DNA of 64,000 nt from Bdellovibrionales bacterium (GCA_965262715.1 OZ253553.1:2432001-2496000), one strand, 5' to 3'. Numbered from the stretch's first letter, positions 1 to 10,215 are shown. Notes: generated by a model from the sequence alone, not told the origin. Translations and numbers: made by a program.

Positions 1-265
1 TCTCAAAAATAAAAATTTGATGAACATTGCTAGTGGTTCATAACTTTATCTAACTACTGATGCACATCAGTGTTCATCTTTTTTCACTAAAATGCATCTA
101 ACCTCTATTTCACTAAAATGCATCTAGCCTCTGGCTACTTTCTGGCAGTTAGCCTGAAGGCTCTCGCCTTCAGCAAGTAGCTTGTTACCTCAAAAATTTG
201 TTCATTTTTAGTAGGGAGATATTCTTCGTATCTTTGTATAATGTTAAGGGAAATTTCCTCTTAAT
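1..265 (-). repeat. Mosaic repeat: truncated IS-like end (tctcaaaaataaa) plus structured cassette A
   Basis: Reverse complement aligns by eye with 6525-6690, 34880-35030 and 53055-53260; inner hairpin CTGAAGGC-GAGA-GCCTTCAG. Confidence 0.8.
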
Positions 266-392
266 ATGTACACTTTTTTCTTACAAAAGGTTTGCAACTT
301 CGATAAAAAAAGTTACTGATTAATTAAGGATACACAAAATAATTTATAAGCTCAATTATGAAAGTTTTTTCAGCTTTGAAAAGGTATAAAAT

Positions 393-1985
393 ATGAATGA
401 TAAAGAATACGAGTTTTATAAGCCTGTTAGAAACTTAATACGTCAATATATCAGACATGACTTGCTCAAGGCAATTGTGCTAGATAGCTATAATATATCT
501 AAAATATATGATAGTGGTAGAAGTCTTGAATATTTAAGCCAAAATGGCATTCCTCCTCATTATTTACTTCTTTTAGGTAAATGGATTATTTTAGATTGGG
601 ACAACATAAGAGGTAAAAAGCCTGTAAGTCAAAATGAACTTATCAAAATAAAAAATGGAGTTATATCTTTTGCTGATAAAGTAGTAAAAGATGCAACTCC
701 TCAAGATCTAATTTTAAAAAACAATAAAACTATGAGACAGATTGCATTTCAACAATTTTGGTACCAACAAAGACCAAATGACGAGGATGTAGGAAGAACT
801 ATTGAGTTATTAATAAAACCATCTATTTCTGACAAAGCTGAGCGTATTATGTATGATTATTGTGGTCTTAATCGTATAGAGTTCTTTGACTTACTTTTAA
901 CATTGAAAGAAGCTCTTGATAGAAATGCATTTATAATGAAAAGTTATTATGAAACTATGAAGATTGAAAAAAGAAAAATTGATTCTTTTTTCAAGCTACT
1001 TTCAATAAATGAAGATGACTTTACTGACTTTAGTGAAAAGTTTTCTACAAAAAAACATGGTGAGATTTATGAAACATCACCTTTTAAATTAAAACCCTTT
1101 TTAAATATAGGAGAAAAGTATTATCTTTGGAGTATTGCATTTCGTGATGAATTTATTAAGTTTGGAATTTATGATATCTTAAAATCTTCCGCCAAAAGTG
1201 AGTTTTCAAATTGTTGGGGTACTATCTTTGAAAATTATTTAAAGAAAAGATTAGATGAGTATAATATTTCTTATATTCCTGAAAAACAGCTAAGAAAAGA
1301 AGGTCACGCAAAACAAGTTGATTTTTTAATTAAACATAAAAGTTATTCCAAAAGTTTATTTCATAAAAGATCAACCCTCATTTCCTTTAAACAAATAATT
1401 TTTAGCTGTATGGTTACTCTAAAAAATATTTTTAGAGTAAAAGCTCCAATTTCTAAATATGATTTAATTTTGATTGAAGCGAAAGCAATTGAAGCTCCTC
1501 ATCATACAAAATCTTACCCTTCTGATAAAAGAATGATTAGGGCTTACAAAAAAGATATAATTAAAGCATTAGCACAGGCGCATGAGGTTATCAAAACATT
1601 TAAAGTAAATAAGCTTATTAATGATACTTTTTTACTTATTGTAACATATGAAGAGTTATATTTAGGTGATGGTGAAGATGTTTGGAATGAATTTGCTAAA
1701 ACCTCATTAAGTAATGATTATGGAATAAAGGATTTTAATATAAAACCAGAAAACTTATTCTTTATTTCAATTAATAGCTTTGATCGACTGCTTCGAATTA
1801 CAGATGGAAATATTGAACAAATGATTAAAATTTTTAAAGAAGTTATTAAACAAAAAAATGGTGAAACTAAAAAGTATATTTTTGAAGATTACTTAAAAGA
1901 GTTTGATGTGGAAAAAAGTAAAGATCAACATCTTTTTAAAGTTTTTGAAAATTATTTGAAAAATATGCAACAAAAATATTCCTAA
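393..1985 (+). CDS. Hypothetical protein with C-terminal PD-(D/E)XK-like nuclease motifs; candidate defence protein
   Basis: 530-aa ORF; FENYL...VDFLI...ILIEAK motif order; adjacent to R-M remnant. Confidence 0.55.
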   Translation: MNDKEYEFYKPVRNLIRQYIRHDLLKAIVLDSYNISKIYDSGRSLEYLSQNGIPPHYLLLLGKWIILDWDNIRGKKPVSQNELIKIKNGVISFADKVVKDATPQDLILKNNKTMRQIAFQQFWYQQRPNDEDVGRTIELLIKPSISDKAERIMYDYCGLNRIEFFDLLLTLKEALDRNAFIMKSYYETMKIEKRKIDSFFKLLSINEDDFTDFSEKFSTKKHGEIYETSPFKLKPFLNIGEKYYLWSIAFRDEFIKFGIYDILKSSAKSEFSNCWGTIFENYLKKRLDEYNISYIPEKQLRKEGHAKQVDFLIKHKSYSKSLFHKRSTLISFKQIIFSCMVTLKNIFRVKAPISKYDLILIEAKAIEAPHHTKSYPSDKRMIRAYKKDIIKALAQAHEVIKTFKVNKLINDTFLLIVTYEELYLGDGEDVWNEFAKTSLSNDYGIKDFNIKPENLFFISINSFDRLLRITDGNIEQMIKIFKEVIKQKNGETKKYIFEDYLKEFDVEKSKDQHLFKVFENYLKNMQQKYS

Positions 1986-2084
1986 AAAATGAATAATCTA
2001 CAATGATTGAAGTTGGCTAGAAGCCGTGGACACATCACCACAGTCATACCCAACAAATTAAATTCAGCTATATATTTTTTCAAA

Positions 2085-2801
2085 TTAATTGCTTGATTTC
2101 CAGTTTTCATGTCTTAAAGGCAAAGCATTGAGTTCATCTCTCAAATGTTTCCATGCTGGTATAACCCTATCCATAATAGATATAAATTGAGGCCCATGAT
2201 TGGGTATGAGCAAATGAGTCATTTCATGTGCTATCACGTATTCAACAAGTTCTATTGGCTTTTTAGCTAGTTCAGAATTGAGACGAATGCTCGATTGTTT
2301 AAAATGGCAACTCCCCCATCTTGTTTTCATCCTTTGTATATAAACCTTTTTAACTTTTACATGCATTATTTTTTCAAACTTTCTAATAACAGATGAGGCC
2401 AACGACCTCAATTCATTTCTATAAAATGTATTTAAAACCTGTTCTTTATCTTCTCTTGAAAAATGAGATTTTACACTCAATAAAAGTGTTTTATGTTGTA
2501 CATCTACAGATGGAGATTTTTGGGTTTCTAACACACTCAATAGATACCTTTTTCCCCATAGATAATGGCTTTCTCGATCTATAAACTCTCTAGGAGTTTC
2601 TCTCATTTGAGTTTTAAACTTATCTCTATTCTTTCGAATCCATAAAAGTTTTGAAATAGCAACCATTCTTATCTCATCGGATTTTATATGATAAGGTGCT
2701 GATATCCTAACTCTTCCATCTGGTGGTAAAATACTCAAATGAATGTTTTTAATATCTTTTTGTATGACATCAATATGGATATTACCTACTTCTATTTTCA
2801 T
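2085..2801 (-). CDS. M48/SprT-like (YgjP-type) zinc metallopeptidase, typically downstream of hsdR
   Basis: MKTRWGSC, YVIAHEMTHL (HExxH), NHGPQF motifs. Confidence 0.9.
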   Translation of the reverse strand: MKIEVGNIHIDVIQKDIKNIHLSILPPDGRVRISAPYHIKSDEIRMVAISKLLWIRKNRDKFKTQMRETPREFIDRESHYLWGKRYLLSVLETQKSPSVDVQHKTLLLSVKSHFSREDKEQVLNTFYRNELRSLASSVIRKFEKIMHVKVKKVYIQRMKTRWGSCHFKQSSIRLNSELAKKPIELVEYVIAHEMTHLLIPNHGPQFISIMDRVIPAWKHLRDELNALPLRHENWKSSN

Positions 2802-2827
2802 CTCAAAACCCCTTTCAAATATATCTT

Positions 2828-3493
2828 CTAATATTCCTTTTGTTCATAAATGATTTGAAATACTTTCTCAACTTCATCCCTATCAAGGACAATATCATAT
2901 ATGGCTTTCTTGACAACTTGTTCTTTTGCCTGATGCCCTTTCCATCCATCTGGAGCATTTGTTTTGACAGCTTCATGTATTTTGAGTGTCAGCTTTAAAT
3001 TCTTGTTGAGATTTTCATAGAGTACTTTTTTACCATAAGTGTCTAATTCTTTAGGCAAATCATCTTCATAACCTTTTTGAATCTTTTTTGCTAAGTTAGC
3101 AATCATTTTTAGAAAAGCTTCATATTCAAAGGCTTTGCTTTTACGATTTTTAATGATCTCATCTAAAATTTGAGACATGCGATCATAAAACTCAGGATTG
3201 TTTGCTCTTTCTGTAATGATCTTCTTACGAATATTGTTTGTAATAGTTTCAATGATGGCCTCTTGATTATTTTTTAGAGATGAAGGAAGAGTATTGATGG
3301 CCTCATCAACTCCAGAGGTCATAATCAAATCAAGAAGGGGTGTGTTATCAAGGTGAGAGACTGTTCTTGCTTGTGAAGACTCAATATAATTATCAATCAA
3401 ATGCCTCATATCAGCTTCGTATGCCTTAAGATCAATGGTTTCACCACTTGCATTTTTGATGGTTTCTCGTAATTGAATGTAATACTTGACTTG
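2828..3493 (-). pseudogene. hsdR: C-terminal fragment of type I restriction subunit R, fused in frame to a transposase N-terminus (ORF 2828..3835)
   Basis: IKNASGETIDLKAYEADMRHLIDNYI and NPEFYDRMSQILDEII resemble HsdR C-termini; nuclease and helicase motifs absent. Confidence 0.8.
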
Positions 3494-3883
3494 ATTTTTA
3501 ATAACCTGTGTATATACTTTGCCATTTCTTTTTTTTAATCCAAATACAATAGTTTTTCCGCTTGATCCTCTTCCACGAAGACCTCGAACTCTTTTAGCTC
3601 CAAAGTAACTTTCATCAATTTCAATTTCTCCTTTTGAAAAAATACTTTCTTTTTCACAAAACTGAGTGATCCTTATACGAAGCTTTTTTAAAATTCTGTT
3701 AATACAATTTCTACTTATACCGGAAAAATAAGCTATTTGCTGAGCTGTTAAATCTCCTGAAAAAAGCTTGATAACTTCTCTAAATTTCTTCTCAGAAATT
3801 CGGGAACGGATAAAATACCTGTTTTTCATAATCATAACAGTAAGTTAACTCTCCTCAAAGTCAACTTAAAGTGTCATGAACCT
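3494..3883 (-). mobile_element. Truncated IS1595-family element (left end plus transposase N-terminus)
   Basis: RSRISEKKFREVIKLF...GEIEIDESYFG...RGRGSSGKTIVFG...GKVYT; hsdM similarity stops at GGTTCATGACACTTTAAG (~3882-3865). Confidence 0.85.
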
Positions 3884-4276
3884 TAAATATTCATAAGCAT
3901 CTACAAGAAGGTCATCCCCATCTGCACGATTTTGACTAAAGTCACTGTTTTCAAATATAGCAATTAAGTTGGTCAGCTTATCGACCATTTCCTTCCCATT
4001 ACCAAGTTTATTTTCTCTAGCTAGAGGAGCAATGATCCTTTTATTGATTTGATCTCCAATATCTGATTTGCCCTTCAGTGCAATCATATCTTGAAAACTT
4101 GCTCCTGGTGGTATCTTAATCGGAGCATAAGGCTGATTTGCGTATTTATCACTAATGTACTTGATAAACAAAAGGACCAAAACATAGTCCTTATATTGAC
4201 TGGCATCCATTCCCCCACGAAGCTCATCACAACTAGACCATAAAGTCGAATAAAGTTCAGATTTTTTCAATGTCAT
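3866..4276 (-). pseudogene. hsdM: N-terminal fragment of type I R-M methyltransferase subunit M
   Basis: KKSELYSTLWSSCDELRGGMDASQYKDYVLVLLFIKYISDK; ends after DAYEYL; no SAM-binding or NPPF motif. Confidence 0.88.
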
Positions 4277-4278
4277 AG

Positions 4279-5760
4279 CTAAACTCCAACTGTCTGATTT
4301 GCTTCATTCATTAAATGAGATGTCTTATCTTTCTGTAATCCATTGGCTATCAATTGAACTTTTGTTTCTTTTTGTATTTGATGATTGACAGGTTTTAAAA
4401 TGGAATCAAATGACACAATTCCATTGCTTGATAAAATGGCTTCTCTACATTTTGTGGCAAAGATTTTATCTGATGGGTGCTCTTGCAAATGCTGTGAAAT
4501 ATAAAATAAATCTGATGTACAAACAAGAGCAATACTGTGTTGATTGGCTGTTTGAATGCACTTTTCAGTAAATTGATTTGACCTCTTGCTTGGCTGGTCA
4601 AGTCGATAGGCATTTCCAAAAAGCACACCTTTTGCAATATCTTCTGTATTATCCTTTCCATTATATTCTACTAAATTCGTTATCAATTGAGAAATTTTTT
4701 TTCTATTAACATCCTTGTTTTTACCTTCAACCTCTCCTAAACCAGTCCCTTCTTTTGATTTGAAAGTGACGTCAAATTCAGATTCTGCATCCCTATAGTT
4801 TTGAGCCTTAAATCCCATTAACTCTAAGCAATTTATCACGGCTTCTTCTAAAGGTTTTCCAGTTTCAAAAAGAAGTCTGTAAGGCATTTTTGCTTTTTCT
4901 AAATCTTTTTCCAGATCAGCTTTATCTTGACCCAGTTTTTCTATTTTGATGTCTATCTTTCCTATATTTTGTTTTATTTGAGAAACACCATCTATTTTAA
5001 ATTTGTCATGGCTAGACCAGTCAGGAGGAGGCGTTAAAGCACAGGAGCTTTTAAGTGTTTGATCTATTTGAATAATATGCTGGATCAAACGATTTGAGAG
5101 TTGATATGCTTTTTCATTGTAAGTATATTCGACAAGATCAGAATGTCTAAAATTGATTGCAGGTAGAATAACCAAGAAACCACCAGATGGAGTCTTAATG
5201 ATTCCTCCGAAGACCTCTGATCTTCTTTTTGGATCAAAGTTTTTTGGAACAAAATACACATCACCTCGGAAATGAGAAAAAGCTATTTCATAGTAAAAAT
5301 ATTTTTCGAAGTCATCCCATAGAGACTTTAAAGTAGCCTTTGTATTACTATATTTTTTGATTTCTTTTCCTGAAACAATACGAGGTTTTCCTAAAGGTAA
5401 AAAATTTAAAAAAGGATTAAAATATTCATACTGATTGCCATATCTACTAGATGCTGTTTTATAATAATAAAATTCTGGTGGTTTTTCGCAAAAAACAAAA
5501 ATAGTTTTCTGTTCTGACATGGCCTGCTGAAATTCAGATTCCCAATGTTTAATTTCATCTCGAAAAACTCTAGATTGATCTTCTGTCAATAGTGGCTTTC
5601 CTTCAAATGTTTGTTGAAAGGTATAATTAAAAAATTGTGGTGAAAATAAAATCACATCCCCATCCATCAGTGACTTTCTGTCACTTGATAAATAAGAACT
5701 TACTTGCCCATTTTTAAAAGGGAAATGCTCTATTCCCATACCTATTATCTGTTTATCCAA
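4279..5760 (-). CDS. Hypothetical protein with a central coiled coil and a C-terminal restriction-endonuclease-like domain
   Basis: LEEAVINCLELMGF...EFD...GEVEGK motif; stop codon 2 nt before the hsdM ATG. Confidence 0.55.
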   Translation of the reverse strand: MDKQIIGMGIEHFPFKNGQVSSYLSSDRKSLMDGDVILFSPQFFNYTFQQTFEGKPLLTEDQSRVFRDEIKHWESEFQQAMSEQKTIFVFCEKPPEFYYYKTASSRYGNQYEYFNPFLNFLPLGKPRIVSGKEIKKYSNTKATLKSLWDDFEKYFYYEIAFSHFRGDVYFVPKNFDPKRRSEVFGGIIKTPSGGFLVILPAINFRHSDLVEYTYNEKAYQLSNRLIQHIIQIDQTLKSSCALTPPPDWSSHDKFKIDGVSQIKQNIGKIDIKIEKLGQDKADLEKDLEKAKMPYRLLFETGKPLEEAVINCLELMGFKAQNYRDAESEFDVTFKSKEGTGLGEVEGKNKDVNRKKISQLITNLVEYNGKDNTEDIAKGVLFGNAYRLDQPSKRSNQFTEKCIQTANQHSIALVCTSDLFYISQHLQEHPSDKIFATKCREAILSSNGIVSFDSILKPVNHQIQKETKVQLIANGLQKDKTSHLMNEANQTVGV

Positions 5761-5952
5761 GATAATACCTCCTACACTTTCTTATCGAAATTACAAACTC
5801 CAAGAAAAGCCATATTGGCATAAAACTGACTCCTGTTCAACATATAAATCAAATGTACAAACTGCTCTATACTCCTAAATGATAACTGCTATGCAGCATA
5901 GAGGAACTATACCTATATGAGAGAGCCTTTTCACATAAGTTTGCCTTTCTGT

Positions 5953-6165
5953 CTCACTAAAAATGAACCAGCCTCTGTATCACTAAAATGCATCTCGTCT
6001 GTGTTTCCCTAAAAATAAACTGACCTCTGGTCATTTTTGGGCAGTTAGCCTGAAGACTTATGTCTTCAAGAAAATGCTAACTGCCTCAAAAATCCGTTTA
6101 TTTTTAGGAGGAAGATACTCTTCGTTTCTTTGCAAAATGTTAAGGAAAATTTTCTTTTATTATTT
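5953..6165 (-). repeat. Structured cassette A copy
   Basis: cctaaaaataaac...gtttatttttagg stem; inner TGAAGAC-ATAA-GTCTTCA on the minus strand. Confidence 0.85.
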
Positions 6166-6228
6166 CTTCTGCAAGGCAATCCGGAATCAGTTCTCGGAAA
6201 CAGAAACCAGTTTGCCAGAGTGCCAAAT

Positions 6229-6522
6229 TCATGTATTTTGACACAACTTATAGAGGAATGCCCCAAGTTTATCAGCTTCCTTTATTAATACTTGATGATT
6301 AATAAGAATGAGTATGGCTTGTGTTTCTCTTAAAGAACCTAAACTAATTTCGTAAAATTTCCTACGTTCCTTAGAACTAGATTTTGCAGATCCTTCAGCT
6401 AAATTGAGTACAATACTAAGCACAGCTCTTTGAAACTGATTTTTCATTGGCCCTTTTAGAGTTAATTTATTAGATTTATGATAGAACTGAATTGCTAATT
6501 GATAAGTCTTGAATTTTTGCAT
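6229..6522 (-). CDS. Four-helix-bundle protein (23S rRNA IVP / Avd-like family)
   Basis: QFQRAVLSIVLNLAEG...RKFYEISLGSLRE signature, 97 aa. Confidence 0.9.
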   Translation of the reverse strand: MQKFKTYQLAIQFYHKSNKLTLKGPMKNQFQRAVLSIVLNLAEGSAKSSSKERRKFYEISLGSLRETQAILILINHQVLIKEADKLGAFLYKLCQNT

Positions 6523-6717
6523 AAAAAAATAGAGGCATTTTCCCTAACATGTATGCAAAAAATGAGAAGTATCTCTTTACTAAAAATAAACAAATTTTTG
6601 AGGTAGTCAGCATTTTCTTGAAGATGTGAGTCTTCAGGCTGACTATCCAAAAATGGCCAGAGGCCAGTTTATTTTTAGTGATACAACTTGGGAGGTAAAA
6701 ATTATGCAAAAATTCAA
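6509..6717. repeat. Cassette A bounded by perfect 16-bp inverted repeats (6509-6524 / 6702-6717)
   Basis: ttgaatttttgcataa and ttatgcaaaaattcaa; GGAGGT at 6691-6696. Confidence 0.85.
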
Positions 6718-6792
6718 AATAAGCTTATTTATTACCAGTTTCCAGAAACCGGTTTCCCGGAAGCCATATCCCGGATGAATAAAACAGTGTTT

Positions 6793-7602
6793 TTAGTCTT
6801 TACCCGTCTTGATAGCTCGTCTTACAAGCTCTTTCACATAAGTCTGCCTTTCTGAACCGGAGAGGAGTTGTTCTATTCTATCGTATAGGCTTGAATCATT
6901 GATCAATGCTCCTAAAGTGCCCTGGCCTTTATCTATCTTTCTTAAAACAGAATTAAGGTAGTACAACGACTGTTTTAACTTTTTCTCCTCCTGTATATCT
7001 TTTGCCAGTACATTTAGAGAAGATATAAGTTCTGTAAGTCCCTTACTGCTTTCATTGAGGTTATGCATGATCTCAACGGCTTTATTGTTCGCATTTAAGC
7101 TTTTAACAAGAGTGGCTAATTCTTGCAAAACTACAAATAGGTTTTCTATCTTATCACCTTCTGAAGAAATAACAGAAAATATATCAACTTGTGGCTCATG
7201 AATTAAAAAATCACCATCCTGTAGAACCTTTCCACTACCTTCCGGGTTTATAGATACGAACTTATCACCTAAAACACCTTTTGTTTTGGTCTCAACCTTC
7301 GATCCTTCTTTTATTAGGTTTTGATAACGATTATCTATACCTAATTGAATGAGAACTTTATTTTCAGAAGGTAAAGGACTAACAGAACCTACATTTCCAA
7401 TAGTAACTCCTAATAACTGTACAAGACTGCCCGGTCCTAAGCCTTCAATAGAATCCATCTTGACCTGCAGTGTGTATCGGGTGCTAAAAAGAAAAGATCC
7501 TTCTCTTAATGAAAATAAACTGATGATAAATATAACAATTGCTACACTTACGAAAAGCCCTACCTTAATTTCTATATGTTTACCATAATCTTGATTAGAC
7601 AT
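6793..7602 (-). CDS. mlaD: MCE/MlaD family protein
   Basis: N-terminal TM helix, GL.PGS.V.L.GV.IG.V, GVLGDKFV. Confidence 0.9.
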   Translation of the reverse strand: MSNQDYGKHIEIKVGLFVSVAIVIFIISLFSLREGSFLFSTRYTLQVKMDSIEGLGPGSLVQLLGVTIGNVGSVSPLPSENKVLIQLGIDNRYQNLIKEGSKVETKTKGVLGDKFVSINPEGSGKVLQDGDFLIHEPQVDIFSVISSEGDKIENLFVVLQELATLVKSLNANNKAVEIMHNLNESSKGLTELISSLNVLAKDIQEEKKLKQSLYYLNSVLRKIDKGQGTLGALINDSSLYDRIEQLLSGSERQTYVKELVRRAIKTGKD

Positions 7603-8333
7603 TATACAACCTCTCCTTGAACAAACTTATGAATAATATGTTTTGAATTATTTTTTAAATCTTTCACTGTAATAATAGCCCCTATTTCACAATTAGAAAT
7701 CATAGCAACACGATCACAAATAGAAAAAACAGAAGACATGTCATGAGTCACTAAAATAGATGTAACACCAGTTTTTTTAAGATCCATTATTTCTCCTATT
7801 ATTGTTCTAGCATTAAATGGATCTAAACCTGCTGTGGGCTCATCATAAAGTATGATCTCAGGCTCCAAAATAAGAGCTCTGGCAAGCCCAACACGTTTTT
7901 GCATTCCTCCAGAAAGATGAGCCGGAAAAAGCTGTGCATTACCTTCTAAATGAAAATCTTTAAGTTTTTTATAGATAATCTCTGAGATTTCTTCTTCAGA
8001 GAGATGGGTATGTTCTCTTAAAGGATAAGCTAAATTTTCATAGACTGTCATAGAATCAAAAAGAGCTCCTCCTTGAAAAACATAAGCCACTTTTTTTCTT
8101 AACTCGATCATTTTATTTTCTTTAAGAGTTGTAACATCAAAGTTAATAACTTGGATTGTTCCTCTATCTGGAATTTCTAAACCTATGAGACTTCTTAAAA
8201 GAAAACTCTTACCTGTACCAGAGCCACCAATTAAACCAAGACATTCTCCTTCTCGCACTTCAAGGTTAACTCCTTCAAATACTGTTTTAGTGCCAAAGCT
8301 CTTATAAAGATCCTTTACTTTAATGATAGCCAT
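7602..8333 (-). CDS. mlaF: MlaF-type ABC ATPase
   Basis: GGSGTGKS, FQGGALFDSMTV, LSGGMQKRV, YDEPTAGLDP; ATG at 8333 preferred. Confidence 0.9.
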   Translation of the reverse strand: MAIIKVKDLYKSFGTKTVFEGVNLEVREGECLGLIGGSGTGKSFLLRSLIGLEIPDRGTIQVINFDVTTLKENKMIELRKKVAYVFQGGALFDSMTVYENLAYPLREHTHLSEEEISEIIYKKLKDFHLEGNAQLFPAHLSGGMQKRVGLARALILEPEIILYDEPTAGLDPFNARTIIGEIMDLKKTGVTSILVTHDMSSVFSICDRVAMISNCEIGAIITVKDLKNNSKHIIHKFVQGEVV

Positions 8334-9115
8334 AACTGGATCTCCCAAAAAAGTTTACTTAAAAAGAAATCCCCAACAAGAATCAACAGAGAGGATGTGA
8401 CCACACCCTTTGTTGTAGCAATACCAACTCCTTTTGTTCCTTTTCCCGTGTTTAATCCATAGTAACAAGATACAAATGCTACAATTAAAGCAAAAACAAA
8501 TGTTTTTAGAAAACCACTTAGAAAATCAAAAAAACTCACTGTCGCTGAAACATTTCTCATAAAAAATAAGGGATCTAATCCCAATTCAAATGCCCCTACT
8601 GTAATAGCCCCAATAAGACTAAAAACATTTGCGATAAGAGTCAGTAAAGGAAGTGCAATCGCACAAGCTATTACACGAGGAATCACAAGTCTTTTTATGG
8701 GTGAAGTTCCAAGTGCTTTGATGGCATCAACTTGTTGAGTGATCATCATAGAGCTTAATTCAGAGGAGATACCAGCACCTACACGAGCTGCAAACATTAA
8801 ACTTGTAAACACAGGCCCCATTTCCTTCACAATTGACATGGCCACCAAGTGAGGAACATAGAGCTTAGCCCCAAATTTCTCCAAGCCTAAGCCAAACTGC
8901 ATCGACATTACCATTCCTGTGGAAATAGTAGCAACTATAATCAATGCTAGAGATCTTGAACCAACATGATATATCTGATCTATTGTAAGTTTGAAATAAT
9001 AAGGAGGTCTAAAAAACTCCTTAATTGTAGTTATTATAAGCAGGCATGTGCCCCCTAAAAAATGAAATTTACTTAAAACAAAAGTGCCTAAAGAGGCTAC
9101 TAAAGAAGAAGTCAC
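8315..9115 (-). CDS. mlaE: MlaE-type ABC permease
   Basis: KEMGPV, ARVGAG, QQVDA, GVGIATTKGVV. Confidence 0.9.
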   Translation of the reverse strand: MTSSLVASLGTFVLSKFHFLGGTCLLIITTIKEFFRPPYYFKLTIDQIYHVGSRSLALIIVATISTGMVMSMQFGLGLEKFGAKLYVPHLVAMSIVKEMGPVFTSLMFAARVGAGISSELSSMMITQQVDAIKALGTSPIKRLVIPRVIACAIALPLLTLIANVFSLIGAITVGAFELGLDPLFFMRNVSATVSFFDFLSGFLKTFVFALIVAFVSCYYGLNTGKGTKGVGIATTKGVVTSSLLILVGDFFLSKLFWEIQLWLSLK

Positions 9116-9636
9116 TGAACCTTAAATCCATCAATAAAGCTACTAAAAGCATCTTTACTCTTATCAAAATGTTCTGTAAGACCAATAAAGCTTAGTGTAT
9201 AGCTACATGAGTTTTTCTTAAAAATGACAAATTCTAAATTCACCTTCACACCATCTAATTGACCTGATACAAAAATTCTTTCAGCTTGTCTGCTGTTGTA
9301 TTCCATACGTGTTCTTTTTAAAATCTTTCGATCTAAAAGCTCTGATGTTGATTTTTGTAGTATAGTCTCTAAATCAGGGTCTATTGATTCATTACAAATC
9401 GATTGATAAGATATAATATTTCCCGTCTCTTCATCAATCCATGCCTTATCTGCGCCAGCTTGTTGCGTCTCAAAAAAAGGAGATGAAGGCTCTTGATAAG
9501 AAACTGATTGTGACTTTTTAGTGTCTGGAGAAATTTTAAACGAAATACAAGCAGAACAAATCATCAATAAAAAAACACAAAGCCATAATGATCCAAAATA
9601 CCTATACCTATACATAGACCTCAAAAAAATATTCAT
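9112..9636 (-). CDS. Putative lipoprotein
   Basis: Hydrophobic N-terminus with CSAC lipobox-like motif; overlaps the mlaE start. Confidence 0.65.
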   Translation of the reverse strand: MNIFLRSMYRYRYFGSLWLCVFLLMICSACISFKISPDTKKSQSVSYQEPSSPFFETQQAGADKAWIDEETGNIISYQSICNESIDPDLETILQKSTSELLDRKILKRTRMEYNSRQAERIFVSGQLDGVKVNLEFVIFKKNSCSYTLSFIGLTEHFDKSKDAFSSFIDGFKVQ

Positions 9637-10215
9637 AACTTTTTAAATTCCTTTGTCCTTCTATCAATCGGATATATAAAAAAAGCATCAAATAGACGAA
9701 CGTTATAAAAAGTCAATAAAATATACCTACTAGAGTCCTGGTTTTATAACTCATATAGAAGTTGACTGGACGCACTATCCTCTCATCTCAGTTTAAGAAA
9801 TATGAAAATGCTTAAATACTTAGAGATACTAGGTCAATCATATAAATATAATTATGATACGAAATCACAGGCACAAAAGTTATAGCCGTTAAGTCAAAGA
9901 CATCTAAAATATATGCATGATACATGCATTCTACTGATTTTAATAAAGAAAACCCTAAATATGTAAAAAAATCAACACTTATTTTTTATTTGATCGAAAA
10001 GAACTCTAGGTGGTCAAACCAAAAAATGTTAAATAAGAAAATAAAGTTCTTCAGTTATAACAGTAACTTAAACTAAAAACCCTACCTATAAATGTCAGGA
10101 ATATAAAGATTTATTTGAAAGTCCATCATTCTAACCATATTGTCACTTTGCTTCAAAAATATTTTTTTTATAAATTAAGATTGCTCCTTTCAAAAAGAAT
10201 GCGTAAATCATTTGT

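Noticed and set aside
2828..3835. A single intact transposase or intact HsdR
   Set aside because: Chimera: the later transposase catalytic residues and the HsdR nuclease/helicase motifs are absent.
6229..6522. Diversity-generating retroelement around the Avd-like gene
   Set aside because: No reverse transcriptase and no TR/VR pair with adenine-specific mismatches seen in the window.
6066..6709. ORFs 6066..6266 and 6476..6709
   Set aside because: They run through cassette A copies and show no protein-like features.
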